A DNA stretch of 64,000 nucleotides from contig CAVYAN010000048.1 in NCBI GenBank assembly GCA_963766075.1, positions 52,266-116,265 on the forward strand, written 5' to 3'. Below are positions 29,684 through 37,819 of the stretch, piece after piece (positions within the stretch are counted from its first letter, which is position 1; each line of letters begins with the position of its first letter). A program made the position numbers and the translations under genes. The DNA is from an uncultured cyanobacterium (GTDB lineage Bacteria > Cyanobacteriota > Cyanobacteriia > Leptolyngbyales > Leptolyngbyaceae). Under the pieces are notes generated by a model. It was given only the letters and a program-made list of their open reading frames with translations. It searched no databases and had not been told where the DNA came from.

Positions 29684-30232
29684 ATGGAAATGGAAGCAGT
29701 TTTAACCAAAATCAGAGGAAGCCTAGGGCACAAAGCCGTCATGGCCGGTTTTGAACATTCCGAGTCCCCCACAGCCAGGGCGGATTGGAACATTTTGTTC
29801 CGGCATGACGGCGAAAATACGTTGATTCAGTCAACCGTTGCGCCGACTTACCGCCGTCCATTTGAACAAAAACCCCTCCCTCTCGATCCGATCGCGGGCG
29901 AGTCCTACTTTTTCAGGGTGGCTATTAACGCTATCTCCATTGAAAAGACCGAATCAGGACGGTCCAAGGAGGTGCGTTGTGACCCTGAAATTTGGCTGCA
30001 ATTCCAGCAGGCAAAGCGCGGCTTTGCTATAGAAAAACTCCTTTCTGCGGTTAGCGCTCCGATTGTCGAAACATCTGGAGGCCGCAGGTTTTTTGTCAAC
30101 CGTTTTCACATAGAAGGCGTTTTGATTGCTGAAAATGCCCAACTTTTGGGCAAAACGCTTCTCGAAGGACTGGGAAAATCCAGATCCTACGGATGCGGAT
30201 TGCTCTCCATCTTGCCCATTAATCAACCATAG
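29684..30232 (+). CDS. cas6e: Cas6e (Cse3/CasE) crRNA-processing endoribonuclease
   Basis: ILFR...LIQSTVAP, Y.FRV.IN, WL..Q...GF, EGVL, and the G-loop GLGKSRSYGCGLLSI. Confidence 0.9.
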   Translation: MEMEAVLTKIRGSLGHKAVMAGFEHSESPTARADWNILFRHDGENTLIQSTVAPTYRRPFEQKPLPLDPIAGESYFFRVAINAISIEKTESGRSKEVRCDPEIWLQFQQAKRGFAIEKLLSAVSAPIVETSGGRRFFVNRFHIEGVLIAENAQLLGKTLLEGLGKSRSYGCGLLSILPINQP

Positions 30233-30240
30233 GAGTTTTC

Positions 30241-31545
30241 ATGTTCGTTGCCGTTCACGCAATTCAATCCCTGCCTCCCTCCAACCCCAACCGAGGGAAA
30301 GATGGCGAGCCCAAGCACTCCCCGCTCGGTGGGGTGGTCAGAGCGTGCCTGTCCTCCCAGTCCCAGAAACATGCGGCGCGGCAGTGGTACCACGCTGCTT
30401 TTGAATCGGATCCTTCTGGATTTGCCTACCGCTCCAGAGAGTGGCATGGGCAGCTTGCAGCCCAACTTGGATGGGCTCCCGATCACCAAAAAGACAACAT
30501 AGCGAGGTTAATCCTCGCGCTGCTCAACAGCAGTCCGGCGAATTTATTCGCTAATGCGATCTCCATGCAGAACCTAATTTTTATGGGCCTTGCAGAAATG
30601 CAGGCGATCGCCATTATGTCCCAGTCATGCGCAGAAGCGCTCGGATTTCTGTCCGACGATTTTGAGGCTTACAAAGTCTGGGCTGCAAACCAAAAAACGA
30701 TCGTAGAAGAGCCTGAAGAACCCGTAGAAGAGCCTGAAGAACCCGTAGAAGATGCAGGGAAAAAGAAGGCTAAATCTAAAAAAGCGGAATTTGGGCGGCA
30801 CCCCACTCCTGCCAAGTTGAGGCCCATAATTCAATGCATCAGCAGTGCCATGGGCAGCACTGTCCCTGGCGATATAGCCCTGTTTGGGCGGATGATGGCG
30901 TCCTCCGGATTTGGCAGCACGGACGGCACGGTAGAAGTCGCCGCCGCGATCGGGGTGGGAGCCCTTGGTCGGTCTAGGTCGGATAAGGGGTGGGTGCCCG
31001 GTCAAGTTGACTTCTTCTCAGCAGCAGACGATCTCGCTCTTCCCAACACGTCTGGGGCGGCGATGCTGGGAGAAACACTGTTCGCAGCCCCAACGCTGTA
31101 CCGATACGCCAACGTGAACTGCCATGAGGCTGCAAACCTCATAGGTAATCGAGAGGCTGCTGCCGAAGCGATCAGGCGGTTCGTCAACGGGTTTCTGCGC
31201 GCCCTCCCCACGGGGCACTCTCGGCAGTTTGCCCATGGGGTTCTGCCGGAGTTTGTCCTGCTGGAAGTTTTGAAGACGGCCCCTTACGGCTACAGCCAAG
31301 CATTCCTATCACCTATCAATGGCCCTGACACTTCGGTGCCTACCGAGTTCGGAGGACTGTCGGTCAGCCAGCAGGCGGTGAACGCGCTCATGCGCCACAG
31401 GATGAACTCTATCGAGTTGTTTGGCGGGGCTCCTGAGAGCTTCGCGATAACGGCTCTATCAACCCATTGGGGGACGGAAGAGGTTCTACCCCTAGACAAA
31501 GCGATCGCCTCCGTCCTGGCTCACCCTGGCGTGCTGGAGAAATAA
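30241..31545 (+). CDS. cas7e: Cas7e (Cse4/CasC) backbone subunit
   Basis: VHAIQSLPPSNPNRGKDGEPK....GG..RA..SSQS.K.A.R; DIALFGRMMA; DFFSAADDL; GAAMLGET.F....YRYANVN; LPTG....FA. Confidence 0.93.
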   Translation: MFVAVHAIQSLPPSNPNRGKDGEPKHSPLGGVVRACLSSQSQKHAARQWYHAAFESDPSGFAYRSREWHGQLAAQLGWAPDHQKDNIARLILALLNSSPANLFANAISMQNLIFMGLAEMQAIAIMSQSCAEALGFLSDDFEAYKVWAANQKTIVEEPEEPVEEPEEPVEDAGKKKAKSKKAEFGRHPTPAKLRPIIQCISSAMGSTVPGDIALFGRMMASSGFGSTDGTVEVAAAIGVGALGRSRSDKGWVPGQVDFFSAADDLALPNTSGAAMLGETLFAAPTLYRYANVNCHEAANLIGNREAAAEAIRRFVNGFLRALPTGHSRQFAHGVLPEFVLLEVLKTAPYGYSQAFLSPINGPDTSVPTEFGGLSVSQQAVNALMRHRMNSIELFGGAPESFAITALSTHWGTEEVLPLDKAIASVLAHPGVLEK

Positions 31546-31546
31546 T

Positions 31547-31993
31547 ATGCCCTTCACAATGACCCTTTCCGGGCCAATGGGAGGCTTCGGAGATACACCC
31601 AGATTGGTGCATCGCTTTGTTCAGGAGGCTCCCCCGCGATCGGCCATCATCGGCCTAATTGCCAACGCCTATGGCCTGAGCCGCGACGATGATTTTGGGT
31701 TCCTAGATTCCCTGAGATTCAGAATCATTGAACAAAGCTCGGGTGAGGCTGTAGTTGATTTTCAGACGGTGCGGAATGCCGTCACCGTTGATGGTAAGCC
31801 GGGGCGGAATGCCATCACGTATCGGCACTATTTGCCAGACTACAAGCTGGTGTTGGAAGTTGATGGCCCGGAGGAATTGCTCAAGCAAGTGTTCCTCAAT
31901 CTGAAATATCCCCACCGACCGCTTTACATTGGACGGCGCTGTAATGTTTTAGATCGGCCTGTCGTTGCTGGGGATTTTCCAGGGATAGGATAA
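31547..31993 (+). CDS. cas5e: Short Cas5e (CasD), 148 aa
   Basis: LSGPMGGFG.....R.....PPRSAIIGLIANAYG..R; DFQTV; T.RHYL.D; L..P...LYIGRR. Confidence 0.88.
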   Translation: MPFTMTLSGPMGGFGDTPRLVHRFVQEAPPRSAIIGLIANAYGLSRDDDFGFLDSLRFRIIEQSSGEAVVDFQTVRNAVTVDGKPGRNAITYRHYLPDYKLVLEVDGPEELLKQVFLNLKYPHRPLYIGRRCNVLDRPVVAGDFPGIG

Positions 31994-31995
31994 GT

Positions 31996-33193
31996 TCTCC
32001 AAAAGTTGGAGGTTGGTCTGCATAGCATTGACTCAGCACGCTGACTCAGCACGCTCCACTCCAATCTTTGGAGGTCGATCTGGACAAGAGAGGCACTAAA
32101 TCAAGCTATTGGGAAGGCGGCAGATTACTGCACTCCAATCTTTGGAGGTCGATCTGCGCTACAGCTTATCCCTCGGCCACGCCGCCCATCTGCCCCGCCC
32201 TGCGGGGGTTGCTCTAGAATCTTGTTTCAAAATGTTTTGTGCCCCATCTACTGGGGGTTAATCGTACAAAAATTTTGATTAGATTGGGCACCGTTGCCCT
32301 ATCTAGCGGGGGTTACTCGTAAAAGCTCTACGAGGTTCAAGATGCTTTGTGCCCGCTTTGCGGGGTTCATCATGCAAAGATCGCGACCTGCCCTGAACTG
32401 TGCATTGCCCCAGCCTGGGGGGTTTTTAGGGCAACGATTTGATCGCCCCACCCCGTGGGGGTTTGTCGCAAGTAAACCGTGGACCGTGCGTTGCCCCAAA
32501 CTGTGGGGGTTTGTCGCAAGCTTACCTTAGCGCTCAGGGTTGCCCAATACCCCACCTTGTGGGGGTCCGTCCATCAGCGCGATGGAAGCCTGGGAGCGGT
32601 AAATAATTGCCCCGCACAGTGGGGGTTTATTGTACAAAGTCTCAGAGGTTCAAAATGTTTTACGCCCGCTCTGCGGGGTTTTTCAAGTAGTTCATGCGTG
32701 CTTTCACCCCACACCATGGGGGTTTATCGATGAACTCTAGTCATGCGTGCTTCCGCCCCATCTAATGGGGGTTTCTCACCGAGAACTTGGGAGAAGCCAT
32801 ATTTCCCCACCCGTGGGGGTTTATCCACCAGTCCGAACTTTTCATCCGCGATCGCCACTCCACGCCGTGGAGGTTTGTCACTCTCTGCGCTTACTGCGAT
32901 AGTGAACATTTCCCCACCTGCGGGGGTCGATCTTCTCCAGAGGGCAGCATCGCAAATAGGCTGGATTCACACCCTCTCTGAGGGGTTTTTCGTTCAACTT
33001 AACCAGCTCGAAATGGTATTGCTTGCTCCATGGCGTGGAGGTTTGTCAACAAAGTTGAGTGCGTCCCCACTTGTGGGGGTTCTTCTCTGGCCTTGGCCGT
33101 CTTTTTTCAGCCCCATGTTATGGGGGTTCTTCTCTGGTCAATAATCGACCCTCTCCACGCCGATCTGCACAGCCCCACCTATGGGGGTTAATC
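31996..33193 (+). CRISPR. Degenerate I-E-like CRISPR array, block 1 (23 repeats)
   Basis: Consensus RCCCCAC-N3-GTGGGG-GTTTRTC. Starts: 31996,32058,32132,32192,32241,32296,32351,32407,32445,32493,32549,32609,32664,32706,32755,32804,32857,32911,32971,33025,33064,33110,33172. Begins 3 nt after the cas5e stop. Confidence 0.85.
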
Positions 33194-33210
33194 CTTATCA
33201 GGAGAACTAC

Positions 33211-33483
33211 ATGGATAAAAAGCTGCTTATTTGTGTTTGTGAAAAATTCATCGACCTTGACACGGTTAGAGCACTGTTACGGGGTGATAGCGTTCGAGAT
33301 TCTTCCCTTGATCTCCTGTTTTTGCAGGAAGATTGCTTAGGCGGTAAATTTCGATTGCGAGGCGCAACAGAAGATTCAAAAACTTTTGTAGACTGCGAGT
33401 TCTCGTATCTTGAAACGAATGAAGAAGTTTATCTTGAAATAACCGCACTGAGAACCAGTCCGATCCTCGACTCCCTGCCCTGA
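33211..33483 (+). CDS. Hypothetical protein embedded between array repeats
   Basis: AGGAG RBS right after the repeat at 33172; the stop is followed by a near-identical repeat. Confidence 0.7.
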   Translation: MDKKLLICVCEKFIDLDTVRALLRGDSVRDSSLDLLFLQEDCLGGKFRLRGATEDSKTFVDCEFSYLETNEEVYLEITALRTSPILDSLP

Positions 33484-33490
33484 GAGCACA

Positions 33491-33682
33491 GCCCCACCTG
33501 TGGGGGTTTATCCATGATAGGGCTGCACATTCCTGCGGATACTTGCCCGCAATCGCGGGGTCAGTCCCGTTCCACAGGGAGGCACAATTTTTGTAGCCTG
33601 GTCACCCCGCCTTGCGGGGGTCGATCGCTTCCAGGCTAGTAGATACACTCTCTCTGAGTCTCCACTCCGTGGAGGTTTTATT
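33491..33682 (+). CRISPR. Degenerate array, block 2 (4 repeats)
   Basis: Repeats at 33491, 33545, 33604 and 33659. Confidence 0.8.
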
Positions 33683-33699
33683 CAAAACATAGGAGTCTT

Positions 33700-34035
33700 A
33701 TGCTTTACCAAGATTACGACTACGAAGCTGTTGGCGGCGTAAAAATCGCCAAAAACGCAGCAAACATACAAACGGGAAACAAAATAATGCTGGCCTTCCT
33801 AGGGCCAGATGAAGATTGCTACTACATTGAAGCCCTCCCCGATGAGGCTGGGATAATCCGCGCTGGCCGGGAAGCGGACGGCGATTACTACGCAAGCTTC
33901 GAGCCAGTGGTTGGGGAGAGCTGCTGTGTGAGGGAGCACTCCTGCATTGATGATGCCCTATCTGAACTGGAGGCTATTTTGCTCACCTTGGATCCGCCGC
34001 CGCAATGGCGATCGCCGCAAACGCTGGCGCTGTAA
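33700..34035 (+). CDS. Hypothetical protein inside the array; intact paralogue of 28237-28600
   Basis: CATAGGAG RBS directly after the repeat at 33659. Confidence 0.75.
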   Translation: MLYQDYDYEAVGGVKIAKNAANIQTGNKIMLAFLGPDEDCYYIEALPDEAGIIRAGREADGDYYASFEPVVGESCCVREHSCIDDALSELEAILLTLDPPPQWRSPQTLAL

Positions 34036-34057
34036 CTCGTGAAAATCCTAATGACCT

Positions 34058-34465
34058 ATGAAAATCCTGAACCTAGAAACGGGCGCAACAGCAACTATTG
34101 ACACCGAAAACATCCCTGAAGAAAATCGGTTAATTCCCGAGAATCCGTTAGACCTTTTGGCTTTGACTGCTTTTTGCATTCAGAGCAACTGTAATGGGGT
34201 GGTTTGGACGACGAACAGGCAAGAAGATGGCAGCATAAGCGTCATGCTTGACACCTTGGTTTTTGGATATGACGGCTTCGCCAAAACTACCGTAGGAATT
34301 CAACCTGCGGTCTTCGACCCGATGACTTTTATAGATCAGGAATCAGTTCATCTCACGTTCTGGGTTTCGTTAACCCACTGCAAACTTAAGCCAGAGGCGT
34401 TCTGGCTCACAAGCCTGCGCGGATTTCAGCAGACTAACATTGTGGGTTATCCCATCGTTTTTTAG
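34058..34465 (+). CDS. Hypothetical protein inside the array
   Basis: 135-aa ORF ending 11 nt before block 3. Confidence 0.65.
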   Translation: MKILNLETGATATIDTENIPEENRLIPENPLDLLALTAFCIQSNCNGVVWTTNRQEDGSISVMLDTLVFGYDGFAKTTVGIQPAVFDPMTFIDQESVHLTFWVSLTHCKLKPEAFWLTSLRGFQQTNIVGYPIVF

Positions 34466-34476
34466 CCCCATTTCCC

Positions 34477-34726
34477 GCCCCACTCAGTGGGGGTTTATCT
34501 CTAATGTTGACTGGAAATAAAAAGTGCTTCGCCCCACTCAGTGGGGGTTTGTCGGTAATCATCAGCGCCATAGTTCTTGCGCATCAAGCTCCACATCGTG
34601 GAGGTGCCTCGGCAAAAGCGCTAGCATGTCGGGCTGCCAGGTTGAATGCTCCACTCTGTGGAGGTGCTTCGGCAAAAGCACTGGTCGGTTGGCGATAGCT
34701 AGCGCTCCACGCCGTGGAGGTCTTTC
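34477..34726 (+). CRISPR. Degenerate array, block 3 (5 repeats)
   Basis: Repeats at 34477, 34531, 34588, 34648 and 34704 (CCCCAC/GTGGGG and CTCCAC/GTGGAG variants). Confidence 0.8.
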
Positions 34727-34772
34727 GACAACAGAAATTCAGACCGATACTTTATTCTTGGAGACTGAAATT

Positions 34773-35321
34773 ATGAAGCAACTAACATCCGTAACGCTCC
34801 CTTACGAGCAGTTTGCAGAGATCGCAAATTATGAAGTGGAGGGCTGCGTCGAGGCTGCCATTAGTCTGGGCTGTGCCGACTTCGCCAAGCGCGACATCCC
34901 AGACGGATCGGGCGCGTTCCCTGTCCACCTGAGCCTGAAAACACCAGAGGGTCGTTTTTTGGGATCGGGTGCGTATTGCGGATTCGTCCACGGCTTCGAT
35001 CAGGACATTTTAGAACGGCTTTGGCAGGCTGCTGGGGTCACCCTGGATGAGGATACTCTGTACCAGTCCTGCTTTGATGTCAACATAGGCACTCATGAAG
35101 ATAATCACGGCGCTGTCTGCGAGGACTGCCTGAGAGCGGGAGGAGGGGTCTATATCGAAGGATCGGAAGATACTCCGTGGGAGTCACTGAGCGAGCTTGA
35201 TCGCCTCGGGCTTACTTTTCGCCGTTTGCTGCCAGAGAGCGATCGCGCAGTCTGTTGGTCATGTAGGCAAATGATTGACGAGTCAATCGCGTCTGCTGCG
35301 GAAAATTGTGCCGCTGAGTGA
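34773..35321 (+). CDS. Hypothetical protein with two CxxC pairs, inside the array
   Basis: GGAG RBS before ATG at 34773; VCEDC...VCWSC. Confidence 0.7.
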   Translation: MKQLTSVTLPYEQFAEIANYEVEGCVEAAISLGCADFAKRDIPDGSGAFPVHLSLKTPEGRFLGSGAYCGFVHGFDQDILERLWQAAGVTLDEDTLYQSCFDVNIGTHEDNHGAVCEDCLRAGGGVYIEGSEDTPWESLSELDRLGLTFRRLLPESDRAVCWSCRQMIDESIASAAENCAAE

Positions 35322-35414
35322 GCCTTGACCCCAACCCAGTCGTGACAGTTCTGGAGTTAAAGAATCCCGGCAACGGGACTGGCAAAATTCATCAAAGCCA
35401 GTAAGGAGAACAAC

Positions 35415-35699
35415 GTGAACATCAAGTCTTGCGCGATCGCCATCAATAGCGGAGAGGACGCCCACGCATCCATTCTGGCCATGTGTCAGCAGCTAGACAT
35501 AGCCAATCTGCCTGAGCCTGAAGACAAAATGCGCCAACTGGCGTACACGGAAAGCGGACTAAGGGTCGCTTTGATGTTGAATCACCAATGGATTCAGGCT
35601 CGGGCGGAAAAACTGATTCAGCCTTGCTTCAATCGGATTGCTACTGAGGAGTTTGGCGTGGGTATGCGTCAAACTCGCGCAATGGTCGCACATGATTAA
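35415..35699 (+). CDS. Hypothetical protein
   Basis: AAGGAG RBS, GTG start. Confidence 0.6.
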   Translation: MNIKSCAIAINSGEDAHASILAMCQQLDIANLPEPEDKMRQLAYTESGLRVALMLNHQWIQARAEKLIQPCFNRIATEEFGVGMRQTRAMVAHD

Positions 35700-35722
35700 C
35701 CAGTGAACATAGGAGTTGAAAA

Positions 35723-36787
35723 GTGAAAATCAATCGCCCAGTTGGAGTACTACTGCCAATTCATGAAACGTATTACGGGGATATAAACCCTGGCGATCTA
35801 AACAGTTTCTTGGCTTGTGCCGGAGAAGCGTTGCGAACGTTCGGGTTCTCTCGGATCGAAACCTTAAACCCTGACACAGACCGAGAGCGGGAGCTGTGGG
35901 GCGTTGGCGAAATCTTGGTCCAGTCGGATGAGATTACGAGCTGGGATGACGGCAAAGATGTGGGGATAACGGTTGATTGGCTTGACCTAATCGACGCCGA
36001 TTCAGACGAAATATTGAAGGTTCTAGAATCCACATGGATGAAGGAACCGGCGATCGTGGCGATGAACTATCTCGAAGAAGATGGCTACAAAGACCGTGGA
36101 AACTCCGAGTTTGGAGTAGTTCGCTCCTACAGGCATCACAGTCAGGAATTTGTCCCAGGAATTCCCCTTTCTAGGTTTTTGAGCGAGGGATGGGTAAAAG
36201 AGCAGCCTAGCAGCAAGGCAAGCATCAGTGTAGCCCCTGGCGGGGGGATTCAAGTCCCGCGAGAACTTGACTTTGTTCGATGCTGGGAGCTTTTTGAACG
36301 CCAGTCGCTAGACAACCCTAGGTGTTTTGAGTATCGGCAGGTATGCCTCACTGAGGATTCTCGCTACAGAAAATGGGTAGAGCAGGGCTATCCTGCCTTT
36401 TCGGTAAACTTTTCCGACTCTCAGCGCCGTTTTGTCAACGAAGCAAAACTATCGGAAAGAGCGGCATTTGTTCACTCGATAGTAAGCCGCCCATCCGAAT
36501 TCCAAAGGCTGGTATCGGAGTTTGGGCATACCCTTGCTGTCGGCCACTCAGTCTGGATCTGCACGGATGCAGAAGGCCGCGAGGGATTTTATATGTGGCG
36601 AACCGAAGGGGGCTGGCACGGGGCTCAATTCGGAGTGCAAGAGCTGAAAAGGCTTGGAGTGAGCGATCGCTTTGAAAAGCTGAGGGAAACTTTAAGTATC
36701 GAAACGAAAGGATTTCCTGTAGCCGGAGAGGGCGTTGGCAGATACGCCGATGTGGAATTCCTCAAATCTACGGGATGGTTTGAGTAG
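35723..36787 (+). CDS. Hypothetical protein inside the array
   Basis: CATAGGAG RBS; 354 aa; stop 12 nt before block 4. Confidence 0.75.
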   Translation: MKINRPVGVLLPIHETYYGDINPGDLNSFLACAGEALRTFGFSRIETLNPDTDRERELWGVGEILVQSDEITSWDDGKDVGITVDWLDLIDADSDEILKVLESTWMKEPAIVAMNYLEEDGYKDRGNSEFGVVRSYRHHSQEFVPGIPLSRFLSEGWVKEQPSSKASISVAPGGGIQVPRELDFVRCWELFERQSLDNPRCFEYRQVCLTEDSRYRKWVEQGYPAFSVNFSDSQRRFVNEAKLSERAAFVHSIVSRPSEFQRLVSEFGHTLAVGHSVWICTDAEGREGFYMWRTEGGWHGAQFGVQELKRLGVSDRFEKLRETLSIETKGFPVAGEGVGRYADVEFLKSTGWFE

Positions 36788-36799
36788 TTGATCCTCAGC

Positions 36800-37176
36800 A
36801 CCCCACCTTGTGGGGGTTTGTCAAAGTTTATAAACGGGCTGCGGTATTTATTGGCGACTTAAAGCCTTTGCCCCACGCCGTGGGGGTTTATCAACGGTCT
36901 GCGGCAGCCTTGTGACGTAAAGCCTTCGCCCTACACTGTGTAGGGGTTTATCTTCGATCCAACTCTATTGGCTTAACGGCTCTCTTTGCCCCACGGTGTG
37001 GGGGTTTATCTTTGCTCCAACTCTACCAGCTTAACGGCTCTCTTTGCCCCACGGTGTGGGGGTTTATCAAACGGTTCTATAGCCAAATCAACCCTCACCC
37101 CGCTCAGTGGGGGTCTATCTTTACGGCAGCAAACCCCCACCGGGCTTACATCACCCCACACTGTGGGGGTGCGATC
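36800..37176 (+). CRISPR. Degenerate array, block 4 (7 repeats)
   Basis: Repeats at 36800, 36870, 36928, 36988, 37046, 37097 and 37153. Confidence 0.85.
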
Positions 37177-37250
37177 GCATCGCGCTTGAAATGATTTACA
37201 CCAAACATAGGAGGCTTATACCCGCCTTTCAGCATTCAAATAAATGTCCC

Positions 37251-37569
37251 GCCGCGATCGCCACTGGTCGCGGCTTTTTTTATGGAGAAACCCCAAAATG
37301 CAAACCAAAATCACCAAATCTAAAGCCGCCGAAATCGCCCAGAACCTGATAGAGGAAGGCGAGGAAAACACAGGAGTCTGTCTAGCCTGCGGAGAAGTCC
37401 ATGAAGGGATTGAGCCCGATGCCCGCGAGTATAAATGTGAAGCCTGCGGTCAACATAAAGTTTACGGATCAGAAGAAATTCTTCTAATGTTCGGACCTGC
37501 CAACTTCTAAAAACCACTGAATGCAGACTGCCGCGATCGCCACTGATCGCGGCTTTTTTATGGAGAAAA
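37251..37569 (+). repeat. Duplicated HIP1-containing hairpin + T-tract + RBS element (37251-37290 and 37530-37569)
   Basis: GCCGCGATCGCCACTG(G/A)TCGCGGCTTTTTT(T)ATGGAGAAA, present twice. Confidence 0.75.
37298..37510 (+). CDS. Small Zn-ribbon protein
   Basis: GVCLACGE...IEPDA..YKCEACG...VYG.EE.L. Confidence 0.75.
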   Translation: MQTKITKSKAAEIAQNLIEEGEENTGVCLACGEVHEGIEPDAREYKCEACGQHKVYGSEEILLMFGPANF

Positions 37570-37570
37570 C

Positions 37571-37819
37571 ATGCACCCTGAATCAATCGAGATTGGAGAG
37601 GAATACAGCCCTGAAGCCTGGAGTGGTGGCGACTTCTATTACAAAATCACCCGAACCCATTATGGGTACTGGGCGATGCTGTACACCCGCCTAGCGGAGA
37701 CACGAAAAGAAAACTGGCGTTTCCGGATTATCAATCCGCAGCCCTATCAAATACTAGGGCTTTTGGCAGTACGAATTGATCGATTTGTAGCAGAAATGAG
37801 GCAAAGCAATGCTAATTGA
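37571..37819 (+). CDS. Hypothetical protein
   Basis: GGAG RBS. Confidence 0.6.
   Translation: MHPESIEIGEEYSPEAWSGGDFYYKITRTHYGYWAMLYTRLAETRKENWRFRIINPQPYQILGLLAVRIDRFVAEMRQSNAN

Noticed and set aside
32264..32295. Spacer sharing GTACAAAAAT with the palindromic sites at 1758 and 9531 (possible self-targeting)
   Set aside because: Only about 10 AT-rich nt match; no convincing full-length protospacer for any spacer was seen by eye in the window
32294..33340. Short ORFs over array block 1, ORFs at 36986-37349, and the 5' extension of ORF 34524
   Set aside because: They translate repeat sequence (recurring PxxWGF); no RBS or protein-like character
35336..35382. Small multi-stem structure with a GCAA tetraloop (ribozyme or ncRNA?)
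   Set aside because: No recognisable catalytic core and no second copy
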